64,000 bases of DNA from Hydrolagus colliei (taxonomy: Eukaryota), in assembly GCA_035084275.1 (NCBI GenBank), contig CM068754.1, forward strand, positions 10,044,001 to 10,108,000, written 5' to 3'. Positions 1 to 12,229 of this stretch are shown piece by piece. Position 1 is the first letter of the stretch, and every line of letters starts with the position of its first letter. The position numbers and the translations under genes were made by a program. The notes under the pieces were generated by a model. That model did not search any database, was not told where the DNA came from, and saw only the letters and a program-made list of their open reading frames with translations.

Positions 1-2
1 CT

Positions 3-449
3 ACAAGTTCTGAAAGTGGGTCAGAATTAGGTTCGGCATCCGATAAGGATTGCATTGAAGGAGATCATGATTATAGTAAGATAGTAAGAAGAAAAGCAAA
101 AGGAAAAGGATATATAAAGGTAAGCACAGGTGTAGGCAGAGGAAGAGGAAGAAGGAGGAGAAAAAGCTTCAAAGGTTTCAAGACCATCAACAGAAATAAA
201 CGGGCAAAATTGTGGGACTGTGATTATGGATTTGCGAATGCGTTTTGTGCCGATCGGTTTGATAAACGGTCTACAATAACAACCAGAAACCAAGGTAGAA
301 GAACGGTTTTATACAATGATGAGTCTGATGATGATGATGGTTTCCTACCAGCTCATGAACCTCTGAACCTCGGTATGTCAAGGTCAGGCAGGGTGCGACG
401 TATGACTGAAAAAGCCAAGGCTAGTCACTTAATGGGATGGAGTCATTAA
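3..449 (+). CDS. BRWD3: Terminal coding exon (5'-partial) of bromodomain and WD repeat-containing protein 3
   Basis: Frame 3 is open from base 3 to TAA at 447-449: TSSESGSELGSASDKDCIEGDHDYSK...GRGRGRRRR...TRNQGRRTVLYNDESDDD...LGMSRSGRVRRMTEKAKASHLMGWSH*. The ending matches the recalled vertebrate BRWD3 C-terminus ([23 protein letters not shown]). The TRNQGRRTV motif is shared by the BRWD/PHIP family. The ORF-track start at 210 is an internal Leu codon. Confidence 0.88.
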   Translation, partial: TSSESGSELGSASDKDCIEGDHDYSKIVRRKAKGKGYIKVSTGVGRGRGRRRRKSFKGFKTINRNKRAKLWDCDYGFANAFCADRFDKRSTITTRNQGRRTVLYNDESDDDDGFLPAHEPLNLGMSRSGRVRRMTEKAKASHLMGWSH

Positions 450-511
450 TTGTTAAAGCAAAGAACTTTTTTTTAAAAAAACTGAATTGATTACATTTGT
501 ACTGCAGGGAT

Positions 512-544
512 TATATATATATATATATAAATATATATGTATAT
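512..544. repeat. (TA)n microsatellite
   Basis: tatatatatatatatataaatatatatgtatat. Confidence 0.85.
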
Positions 545-2019
545 GCACATTATTTTTTACTAATTTATGTGGGGGAAGGGGATCTTCACAGTTTCTTTTT
601 TGCAGTGGTGCTTATCCCAGTCACCCAATGCACTTCAGAACCAACACTTACCAACTGCTGAGGCAAACCTCAAATGAAAGTGTAGCCTTAATGCACTAAA
701 AACTCAGCATCCGAATTAATACTTGTATCCGAAGCTTCAAAATCCATAAATGGTGGTACACTATGTAGCAGAAACTTTCTAGTAGTTTACCATGGTCATT
801 TTCAGCATATTTAGTTCTTTATCTAAATTCAGACTGAGCAATTATTCAAATTTTTCGCCATAACTTCTTGCTATACAATAATATGTCTGTCATGGTTTTG
901 CACAATTCTTCCAGTATCAATGGCAGCTATTAAAGTTTACAGCATGAATATCCTTTCCACTAATTACGGTTATGACTTATTTGCTCTGCACTGGCCATTT
1001 TTCGTTAAATTTAGAATTGAATTGTAATATATACAACATGTGCTAGCTTGTTTATATTTTGAAGATGATTTAAAATTCACTAATTGATTGTCTTCCAGTA
1101 ATGGAGATAATGAGCAAATAATAGTTGGTGCCTTTTGTAAACATTGTTTGAATTTTAAGTGTGAATGAATGGTGTTTCAGAGATGTTTGCATTCTGTATA
1201 AATTGAAAATGAAATTCAAAGCAAGTGGTGCCAATTGTTCCAATGTTTACACCCATCATACATGTAGAATTCTAAGTGTGTGTGTATATGTCATTATAAC
1301 TTTTTTAAAGACAAAAAATGGCTCTCTTTGGTGCTTTTTACCTGCCAATAAAAGTATCCTTCAGCCAGAAATCTGAGCTGATCTGGATCATAGCCTGTTT
1401 GTTGCTCCATGAAAAAAAAAGCTCCCAATAAAAGTAATTTTCAGGATGGAAACAGGCTAGACACCCCATCTTGTACCTCAGCAAAACATAGTTAATAAGG
1501 CTGATTCAGGGATATGATTTTGGCTTGGGTTAACCACTGGTATTTTTTTTTGTGTGTATGTGTGTCCAGCATTGTACATTGCTTTCCATAATGCTAGTCA
1601 ATATACAATATCGTTTTCTTGCATAATATTCTGCAGATGCATTCACTGATACAGTGTGATATCTGTGGTTCAGAGGATTCACACTGATTCCAGAGCATTG
1701 ATCCAGCTTAAAAATCCCAAATCTCACCTTAATATTTTATTTTGCTTCACACCATCCGAATAAGAAGTCAAGTTTTGATATGCTCATTCCTAGCAACCGA
1801 GCAATGCATATGTTTAGAACTTGAAGCCAAACATATGTTTCCCCTGGAGAGAATCTTTAATTATGAGAAATGCCCGGAAGCCCTTTTAAAATATTTTATA
1901 AATTTGAGCACATTTTAAGTATTACCAAACAAATTGTATACCTGTGTCCAATTTCTACATCTTTTTCATGTGTATCCAGGAACTGAGAGATTCATATTAA
2001 CACAGACTGTTTATTTATT

Positions 2020-2110
2020 TTATAATAATCCTTGCATTTGATGGAGCGCCTTATCTGGTCATTGAGACGTCTGAAAGTGCTTCACAGAATATATTGCAAA
2101 GTGGATTGGC
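2020..2110 (-). mobile_element. SINE 3'-tail fragment, antisense within the putative 3'UTR
   Basis: Reverse complement of the shared tail (ataataatccttgcatttgat...gcttcacagaatat). Confidence 0.8.
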
Positions 2111-3451
2111 AGTGTTTTAAAACAGTTAACACAAAGTGGATTGACGTATTTTAAAAAGGGATGCACCCATAAAGCTTTATGAGCAAAAACTTGAATACTG
2201 TAGGATTTTCTGAGAAAACCTGGATATACTGCACTATATCTGCTAGTTTGAGCAATTTATACGAAGTTGCATTTTCTCGCATGTGACTTGAACAAGAGAG
2301 GGGATATTTGCACCAGAATAACATTTTTTTTAATGATTTTTTAAATCTATAGTGTTTCACTAAAGTTCCTTGAAAAATTACAACAGAGTTGTACAGAAAC
2401 GATCTATGCTTGTTTATTTTTCTATAGATTCTGCACATAGAGCATGATTCTATATTTTATAGATAATTAGTTTTTGTAAATTCCTTTCTTTTTCTAAATA
2501 TCCTAATCATGTCTGCACAATCAAACTACATTTTAAAAGGTTACTTTTACTTTTCGGGAGAGCTGTTGAGCGGCAGCTCTAGCGAAACGCCTTATAGAAT
2601 TCTTCACAGAATACATTTTACGGTAGAAAATGCTTACACTCCATCCCCTTATAATCATGCAGCACATTTTTCTAATTTGTGAAAAATACAATGTATTTTT
2701 AATTTCTCAGTTCTTAATGTAAATTTCAACGAAAATCTTCAGGTATATGGTACAAAATGGACCACATGCATTAAGTCAAATTTTCGTGGGACATCTATTC
2801 ACCAAATCTTTAATCTTGGTGTTCTCAGAAAGTCCCCTTTTATATACATATATTATATATTTTAAAAAGTTAGCATTTCAGGGAAATTTTCTTGCCACAC
2901 AGGCAGACCAAATGTAATGTTCATATGCAATGAAATAATGTGAGTTTTAGTTGACAATTTTTCTACTGTAAAAAGTGTACATATGTAAGTTGTTTTTTGT
3001 TTATAAAATAGTTCCCACACTTATGTTGAAAATGGTGTGAATTCTTATTTGTCCTTTTTTTAAAATATTTGGCTCATTTATTTCGGGAGGCGAAGAATGT
3101 GTTAACACATGGATTGAAAAATACTGTTCAATTGTCATTGTTACACTGTTACAAAATGCAAATCCAACATTTAGATTCCTTCTCTTTCTCCCTCCCCGCC
3201 TCATGGCCTCAATTTACCTGCACAATGTTTATTACTTTCAAACAACTTGAGCTCACTCCAAAAAAAACTGTTGGCAGTTGAAAGCCTCGCTCTTTATTCC
3301 ATCAATCCTTAGGAGTTGTCATCCTTCGAAGGTATCATTGCTTGTCACAGTTTTGCCATTTGTCTTCCAAAAATAGCATGGCACAAAGGCATGAGTGGGC
3401 CAGATGTTCACTGGGTTGAGTATCCAAGTTGAGACATGGATCTCTCTTGTA

Positions 3452-3457
3452 AATAAA
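3452..3457 (+). terminator. Candidate distal polyadenylation signal
   Basis: TGTA directly upstream, then AATAAA, then cctttttgtttttt downstream. Confidence 0.45.
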
Positions 3458-3929
3458 AGTACAGCCTTTTTGTTTTTTTAAAAAGCACATTTTTTAGGCT
3501 GATCCAAAAGAGAACTGTTGGTTCATGCATTGCTGCAACAATTTTTTTTTAATTGAATTTGAGGACATGGGTACATGCAATTTAATTTCCTGCCAATTTC
3601 TATCCTATCTATGTAAATCATTATGACCAGATGCTAGGTTTCAATCACTGCACAAACTTGATTTAACAAACAGCAAATGGCTGGAAATGGAAAAGAGAAT
3701 GTGGGTATTCTGGAGGAATGAGATCAAATAAGCTGAAAGGTCTTAATTTGAACCTCGATTGTGAGGTGGAGAAATCTGATTTGGGGTTTATTTTAAAACA
3801 AACTGGGCACGAAAGTAGTCCTGTTTCAAAATTCTGGCTTGCAGTTGCTATTCACCATTTGTGTTGTTATAATTCCAAACTATTTGTTCTTATAGGTGTT
3901 GCGATTTGGATATGCAAGCATGCCCCCAA

Positions 3930-5810
3930 TTTACGAATGGATGGTTAAAATAAAGCAAAAAAAGGAGGCTTATGACAAGTGTCAGGCCCAAGATACAGAG
4001 GTCAACCAAGCAGAATATAGGAAGTGCAGGAGAGAACTGAAAAAGGAAATGAGAAGGGAAAACATACTGCATGAGAAACAATTAGCAGGTAACATTAAAG
4101 GGAACCTTAAGGTATTTTACAAACATATTAAGAGTAAAAGATTGATCAAGGGTAGGGTGGGACCAATTAGGGGCCAAGGAGGAAATCTTATTGTGGAGGC
4201 AGAGGACATCGCTGATGCACTGAATGAGTACTTTGCCCCTGTCTTCACAAGAGAAGATGCAGCCAATGCTAGTGTTGGAAGAGAGGATAGAAGAAATGGA
4301 TAGGATTAGTATAAACAGAGGAAATACTAAAAAGGTTGACGGCACTCAAGGTAGATAAGTCACCCGGTCTGGATATGGTGCTAGAGGCCTGGAAGGTTGC
4401 TAATATTACTCCTCTATAAAAAGGGGCAGAAGGACAAACCTGGGAACTACAGGCCAGTCAGTCAAATGTCGGTAGTGGACAAACTTCTAGAGTCTATAAT
4501 CAGGGACAAGATAGATCTTCACTTAGAAAGATATAGGCTAATAAAGGACAGCCAGCATGGATTTGTTAAAGGCAAATCTTGCCTTACAAGTCTTGATAGA
4601 ATTTTTTGATGAGGTAACGGAATGGGTGGACGAGGGTAGCGCAGTTGATGTAGTTTACATGGACTTTCAAAAGGCATTTGACAAAGTGCCACATGAGGCT
4701 TATTAGGAAAGTAGAGGCCCACGGCATTAAAGGGACAGTGGCAGCATGGATCCACAACTGGCTGCGAGACAAAAACCAGAGAGTTGTGGTGAGCGGCTGT
4801 TTTTCAGACTGGAGGGAGGTGTGCAGTGGCATCCCCCTGGGATCGGTTTTGTGTTCACTGCTCTTTAATATATATTAATGATCTGGACTTGGGTGCAGGG
4901 AGCAGTTTACAGATGATACTAAGTAAGGGAGAATAGTAAACAGTGAGGAGGATAGTAACCATCTGCAAGAAGATATAGATAAAATGAAAAAGTGGGCAGA
5001 CACATGGCAGATGAAGTTTAATGCAGAGAAGTGTGAGGTGATACATTTTGGGAGAAGAAATGAGAGGAGGCAATACAGGCTAGATAGTACAATTTTAAAG
5101 GGTGTGAGGAAACCTGGGGATTTGTGTTAGTGACTCTTTGAAGGTGGTAGGAAAGGTAGACAAAGCCGTTAAGAAGACATATGGGATACTAGATTTTGTA
5201 AATGGGGGTATAGAGTACAAAAGTCAGGAAGTGTTGACTAACCCCTAGAAAACTTTGGCTAGGCCTCAGCTGAAGTGCCGTGTCCAATTCTGGTCACCAC
5301 ACTATAGAAAGGATGTTATGGCATTGGAAAGCTTGCAAAGAAGGTTTACTAGAATGGTACCAGGATTGAGGGACTTCAGTTATGAGGAAAGGCTAGATAG
5401 GCTTGGTTTATTCTCTTTAGAACAGAGAAGGTTGAGAGGAGACCTAATAGAGGTTTCTAAAATCATGAGGGTATTTGACAGGGTGAATAAGGAAAAACTG
5501 TTTCCACTGGTGGGCGAATCAGTGACTCGTGGTCACAGATTTAAAATAGTTTCAAAACGAAGCAGAGGGGAGCTGAGGAGAAATGTTTTCACTCAGCAGG
5601 TTGTTTGAATCTGGAATGCATTGCCTGAAAAGGGGTGGAGGCCAATTCGATAACAGTTTTTAAAAGAGAATCAGATCCTTATTTAGGGAGAACAGGTCTA
5701 TTAAGTTATGGTGAGAGAGCTGGGCAGTGGGAGTGAATTGTTCTTTTCAAAGAGCCGGCACAGGCTAGATGGGCCGAATGTCCTCCTTTTGTGCCGTATG
5801 ATTCTATGAT
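3930..5810 (+). mobile_element. CR1 LINE, 5'-truncated and decayed ORF2 (reverse transcriptase) with intact 3' end
   Basis: Frameshifted CR1 motifs (LNEYFAPVFT, KPGNYRPVS, SQHGFVKGKSCLT, VYMDFQKAF, LGLFSLEQRRLRGDLIEV) and a terminal ATTCTATG repeat. An internal deletion near 4378 joins SPGLD directly to the (E/D)WKVAN region. Confidence 0.95.
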
Positions 5811-6589
5811 ACTGTATTTAGAAAAAGTACCCAATTGTAAGCTGCTTTCCTCATTTTTGACACAAGATGGCAGCACTCTACTTCATAAACTCCCAATGCA
5901 AATCACCAATGTTTAAACCCGATGCCTTGTTTAATCTCAGCACAATTCAAATGTGGAACAAATCGATATTTCTTGTTTTATTTTAATGGTTTAGTATTGA
6001 AATGTTTGGGGATATCGCTTTCATAATCCAAAATTTACCTAATTCTGTGTGGCTCCATCCACTCCCAGGCATGTTCTATATCTAGAGAAACAGTTAGGGC
6101 TAGCTAACAGTTGACCATAACTATTCACATTATATCCAATGTTTACAAGTTTCAACAAAGTCACAACAACTAGTTATTGTTCTGTCCTTACAGTGACCAT
6201 TGATGTTTCAGATATACCTACTTTGCATTCAGTAAATATAGCAGTGGATATTGGCATAAAACAGGGTGACTTGAGTTGGATGTGAGGTACACAATGACAA
6301 CTGAATTTCTTCCATTACAGTGTGAAAGGATAGAATGAACTTCTTTCATATATTCTACAATTAGTCTTTAGAATCATAAAACTTCTGGGGTCTCTCTTTC
6401 CGATCTCTATCTTTTGCCATGAAGACTCTTAATCACATCTAATGATGTAGTGAAATGCTCTTGCTGATTGTTGCAGCTTTGATCATAGATGGTGCACTGC
6501 TTGCTGACTAAACTTAGCTGATAAACAATTTACGGCCACTGGAGGTTTGCTTAAATTGTCATGATTAATAATAACCTGTTAGAAAAAAA

Positions 6590-6742
6590 GGTCACTCAAT
6601 CCACAACTGTTTGTGGGACATTGCTGTGCACAATACGTTGCCGCATTTTGCCCACAAAATATACAGTCAATTCATCTTACGGTGTGAAGCACTTTTGAGA
6701 CATCTCTGTTTCAATAATGTTACGCGAAGATTATTATTATGT
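6590..6742 (+). mobile_element. SINE 3'-half fragment
   Basis: caatccacaactgtttgtgggacattgctgtgc...gattattatt matches the full-length copies in this window. Confidence 0.8.
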
Positions 6743-7094
6743 TGTTGAGGGTGATTATTATCTTGTGTGTGTGTGTGAGTGACACAGCATTAAGATAATT
6801 CACATTAGAAATCAGCATAAGTATACATTTTATATTCTGCATTTGTTTCTCTGCTTTCTCTAATTGCCTTTGTGCCTTGTACTAAAACGTACATTTTCAA
6901 AAATCTAACATTTATCACCTTCTGTAAGAAATGCTCTGAGACGCTGTCCGGCGTGGAGGGCGCTATATAAATCGTTGTTGTTGAAACACATTCCAAGAAT
7001 GTGTTTCCACATTTATAAATCTGGAATTGTATGAAATTTGAAATATTTTGGACGCCTTATTTTTCTAAACAAAAATTCTGTCTATTTCCTTACA

Positions 7095-8018
7095 TTGTTT
7101 CCAAGTTTGCAGATGATACTAAGTTAGGGAGAATAGTAAATAGTGAGGAGGATAGTAGCCATCTGCAAGAGGATATAAACAAATTGGTAAAGTGGGCAGA
7201 CACATGGCAGATGAAGTTTAATGCAGAGAAGTGTGAGGTGATGCATTTTGGGAGAAGAAATGAAGGGAGGCAATATAGGCTAGATAGTAAAATTTTAAAT
7301 GGTGTGAAGGAACAGAGAGACCTGGGGATTTGTGTTGGTGACTCGTTGAAGGTGGCAGGACAGGTAGACAAGGCTGTTAAGAAGGCATATGGGATACTAG
7401 GCTTTATAAATAGGGGTATAGAGTACAAAAGTCAGGAAGTGCTGACTAACCTCTATAAGACTTTGGTGAGGCCTCAGCTGGAATACTGTGTTCAATTCTG
7501 GTCACCACATTACAGAAAGGATGTGAAGACATTGGAAAGGGTACAAAGAAGATTTACTAGGATGGTGCCAGGATTGAGGGACTTCAGCTATGAGGAGAGG
7601 CTAGATAGGCTAGGGTTATTCTCTCTGGAGCAGAGAAGATTGAGGGGAGACCTAATAGAGGTCATGAAGGGTTTCGACAGGGCAAATAGAGAAAAACTAT
7701 TTCCACTCGTGGGCGAATCTGTGACTCGTGGTCACAGATTTAAAATAGTTTCAAGGCGCAGTAGAGGGGAGCTGAGGAGAAATTTTTTCACTCAGCGAGT
7801 TGTTCGAATCTGGAATGCATTGCCTGAAAAGGTGGTGGAGGCTGATTCGATAACAACTTTTAAAAGGGAATTAGATCTTTATTTAGGGAGAACAGGTCTA
7901 TTAGGCTATGGGGAGCGGGCAGGGCAGTGGGATTAAATCGCTCTTTTCAAAGAGCCGGCACAGACTAGATGGGCCGAATGGCCTCCTTTTGTGCCGTAAA
8001 ATTCTATGATTCTATGAT
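7095..8018 (+). mobile_element. Young CR1 LINE, 5'-truncated just before the FADD motif, with an open ORF2 C-terminus
   Basis: ORF 7031-7936 reads SKFADDTKL...QMKFNAEKCEVMHFG...LVRPQLEYCVQFWSP...WNALP and ends in (ATTCTATG)2. It is closely similar to 4905-5810 apart from an in-frame 9-nt deletion. The first ~21 residues of the ORF are flanking DNA. Confidence 0.97.
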
Positions 8019-8134
8019 TGCCCACAAATATACAGTCAATTCACTTTACAGTATATTCTGTGAATCGCTTTGAGACATCGATAAGATGTGAAAATGCTAC
8101 ATCAAATGCAAGGAGTATTATTATTATTATTATA
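8018..8134 (+). mobile_element. SINE 3'-tail fragment abutting the CR1 3' end
   Basis: ttgcccacaaatatacagtcaattcac...aaatgcaaggagtattattatt. Confidence 0.85.
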
Positions 8135-11100
8135 AGTTTAATTCCTGTTTATTTTCATTCTCATCTTCTCATCTTCATTTCCAATCCGCCAATTTTGAAA
8201 AGTATTTGTTGAATAACGTAGTTGCATATCTTTGTCTCTTGATATTGTGAACGAGTCAATGGGAGTCACGTAAGGTCATGTAAGATGCTAGTAGTGCGGC
8301 TCAGACATTGACAAGCTTCCTTGGAGAGGTCATGAGTTGGGTGTGGAGAATGGAACATGTCACTTTAGGGGGTGTAGTGTGAGATGAGTCGAATGCACAT
8401 GATTGGAGCTGTCTTCTGCAGCTGACAGAGAGTTTGATACTATTGCTGACAATGGGAGAGTGTTCTTTTGTTCAGCACCAAGATCCCTCACCAGGGTAAG
8501 TACAATATTCATGGGTGTGGAGGGGAAACAACTAAAGAGAGTAATTTCATACTGTTCAGTTTGATGATTTGGAAACGTTATTATACCACAGAAAACACTG
8601 GACAGACATGATCAATACTTGGATGAGTGACACTATATTTACAATGAAAAGAATATAAAATTGGTTTCACTGTACAAATTAAAATTTAGGGTGATTGCCT
8701 CAGTTCCATTTCAATGGCTAAATCTAGGGTTCCTGAACTGCCTTATTGTTTTTTTTAATTTAGTGGATGCTGCATAATATTATTGAAACAGTGAAAATAA
8801 TTTCTCCTGGTTTCTTGGTTCAATAGTATCTTACACCAGTGTTGTTCAATAGAAATCACTGCCGAGCCACAGGTTTGGCTATGGTGACACCATTTATCTA
8901 CACGCACTGATTTTTGGTAAAACAAAACACCCAACACACACACACGCAACCATTTCAGGTAAATGCACTTCACATGTATATTTACTTATCAAACAGCTAC
9001 CACCATTCAGTGTAAAAATTTGCTGTTTTCTCTTTATTTTTCTTTCACAAGATGGTCCAGACTCACACCTGCTCTCCATCCAGAATTGGTGGCTGCTACT
9101 TGCCCTTTGCTATGACGTACCCTGTTGGAGTTACAGGTTATTGGCTTGCTTTCATCTAATGGTTTAGAGAGGTTATTCTCATTATTCAAACTGACCATGA
9201 CAGGTCTCCTCCACACCATATTATTGGGGTTTTCATGGTGCTGAAATTTTACCAGATGACCAATAAGCAATAACCAAATACAAAAAAAATGACATTTATA
9301 GAGTGCCTTTCATGTCGGGAGGACATCCCAAAGGACATCTAGGGTGACCATAAAGTCATGATGACCACTCAATTATCTTAAAAAAAACATTTTTTAAAAC
9401 TGATTAGACATTGTAATGGTATCACCACTGTACAATGATCAAAAAAACTCACATATGCTGTTTTTATAAAATCATCTTACCAAGAACTACAAAAAGTATT
9501 GGGATCACAATACGATCACAATACCACAATATATTTTATTAAGCAAAACTGCAATTTCACATGTGGTTAGTGACTGCCACTGAACAACCCTTAGCTTAGA
9601 TTAATAGGTCATTCATCACAAATGGATTTGTAGGAGATTACTAGCATTAATTATGCCATTTGCCTATAAAAAATCAGTTAATACACTTCATAATAACTTG
9701 CAAAGAAATGTTGTCAGAAGATGGTATAAAAAGGATGTTCGTTCCCTCAAATGTGGGCCTTTTGTACGCCAATAATGGGAGGTAGTGCAAAATCTGATTA
9801 AATTAAGTTACATTTCGATTTAAATTTAGCGGGTAGCTAAATTTTGACAATCACCTTTCCTGTAAAGGATTATGAGTCAATCTGTTATTCTTGCACTCAA
9901 ATTTCAATTTGACTTGAAATTACCGTATTTATTTGTTCCAAGAATGTACTGTGGAATGTCTGCGAAGGCAACTTGGGATCTTAAAAAATTGCTAAATTAC
10001 AATATTTATGGTGGCTCACCTTTATCGCTCAATTTCCCCCCAATTCCTCAAGTGTACTTGGAGAAATTCAAGTTGTTCTCTATTAATTGTTTGTCAAGGC
10101 CCTATTGCTAACATGACTGATTTTATTTGTGTAGTTGCTGGTCGCTCAGCTTTTATATTAAAACTGCTTCATGTTTAAAGGTTAGGTGCTCAGCTTACAC
10201 TGGTTGACTTTTCGGGCAATATTTTTATTCCTTGCAGGAGATGCTTCTCTGAAGTGACGCAGATAAAGTGACTCATCCACTACGCAACTGGTTTTCTATT
10301 TAATCTGCGATTCACCCTATTCTTACATATTTATGTGCATGAAGATAACAACAGCCTTTGGAGTTGCTGTACATTTTGTTCAACTGTTTTATTTCCTTTG
10401 CCAATATCGAATTGTAATCTGAGCAATTCATTTCAAATGTTTGACATTACCTGGGTATATTTTGAAAGAGACTGTTGAAACAGTTTATTAAAATATCTCC
10501 GGTCTATACAAACTGTCAAGGAGGAAATTGCATTTCTAATCTTTTTTCAATGAGCCAAGTTTTTTTTAAACTTTTTCTGATAATGTGAGACCACAAATTG
10601 TCAAAGTGACGGCAAAAGTGTACTGCCATTTGTCTCTTCCCAAATAGATATGGAAGCATTGTATTGCAGAGAAACACTGCATTAAAAAACCCAATGTCTC
10701 AATTCGCTTTGCATTTAGCAATTGATAATCTTGCTCTTGTATTGAAATGATTGCCTACCTATTGTATAAATTGTTATTGTTTTGAGTTTAAAAATTAAGT
10801 AAAATGGGCCTCACTGTTGAAAATATACCCCCAGCTATCTCTGCTCCCACAAATCTTAAGCACTCTGAAATGCTAACCTGTGAGAGGGGCACTTTATAAA
10901 TACTTGTCTCTTAAATATAATTTATTATATTTAGCATCATAGTGTCAACAAATTAAGCAGCCATTAAAAAAAATCTAATTGGCAAATGTTCCTCTGTACA
11001 AAGATTAAAAATAGATATAGATTTTTTTTAAAATGTTTTTTATTGAATAATTCATCAGTTTGTCAAGGGATTTATTCTAATTCTTGCACTGACTCCCTCC

Positions 11101-11690
11101 AGTTTATTTTATTGGATAGTGTTATGGCTATTGAAAGCTGGTAGCTGGAAAAATTTCCATCACCTCAAATTTTAATTCTATACTGCAACTTGATAAGTCC
11201 ATTTGCACAGACACAGCTAAACAGCTGCAAGTTGGAATTAAATTGCCCAGTACAACCGATCAACACAATTCAGATTGAATCTTACTCAAAGGTCATCCTT
11301 CCCATTTGGTTTCACTTCAGTTTCACCGATTTATTCTCTTTGGGAAATGAAAAGTGTCTCAAATAATTGCTCTGAAGTGTAACAGTGACTGCCATTTACC
11401 AGCAGCAAGGTCCCTTCAAGCAACCAGGTGATTATTGATCAATTTGGAGTTTGGGATCTTGAATAGTGCCACACAATTCTCACAATTACTTCTATTCACC
11501 CTCTTTTTTTGGGTTTCAATCACTCCGTTTTACTCTTCAGATATTTAATTCTCAAAGCATGATATTCCCACAGCTTTCATTAGTTTAAATACCTCTTAGT
11601 ATTTAGCTGGGATTGCCAGCATAGCAGCAGTTATCATTCAATTTCAGTACAGTACTGTATTTTGATTAGAATCATTTCTGACCAAATTAT

Positions 11691-12229
11691 TTCCAGTATT
11701 TATGCCCTCCTCACAGGTCTTCCTTCCTCCACCATCCACAAAATTCAGCTCATACAAAACTCTGCCACCCACATTCTCACCCGCATCAAACTTCGCTCCT
11801 TGATTACCCCAGTCCTTGCCAAACTCCGCTGGCTCCCTGTCACAGAACGGATTGCAGTCAAGATCCTCACTCTTGAATTTTAAACCCATCAACTCCTCTG
11901 CACCCTCCCAATCTCTCTAACCTCCTCTCTACTCACAGCAGTACCCGGTCCCTCCGCTCTACTGGGTCTGGCGTCCTCCTCGTCGCCCGAATCGGTGGCC
12001 ATTCTTTCAGTTACTATGCCTCGAAACTTTGGAACTCTCTCTCTCAACTCCTTCGTCTCGCTCCCTCCTTTCCCATCTTCAGGTCGCGCCTGAACACCTT
12101 CCTCTTTGACCGCACTTACGGTCACCATCCCCCTCCCCCTGGCCCGGCCTCGGGCTCTGCCATTGTGAAGTGTCCTGAGACACCGCCCGGCATGGAGGGC
12201 TCTATATAAATGCAAGTTGTTGTTGTTGT
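11691..12229 (+). mobile_element. L2 LINE 3' fragment
   Basis: LLTGLPSSTIHKIQLIQNSA...ITPVLAKLRWLPV..I..KIL motif, with tail tatataaatgcaagttgttgttgttg. Confidence 0.93.

Larger units (their letters stand above)
450..3480 (+). other. Probable 3'UTR of BRWD3
   Basis: AT/U-rich, nearly repeat-free sequence after the stop codon. AATAAA occurs at 1347, 1427 and 3452, the last followed by a T-rich tract. The 3' end is inferred, not observed. Confidence 0.55.

Noticed and set aside
8764-9136. Apparent exon-intron-exon pattern (acceptor ~8763, donor ~8959, pyrimidine-rich acceptor ~9051)
   Set aside because: The first segment has stops in all three frames and neither segment shows protein similarity. 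A non-coding exon cannot be supported without RNA data.
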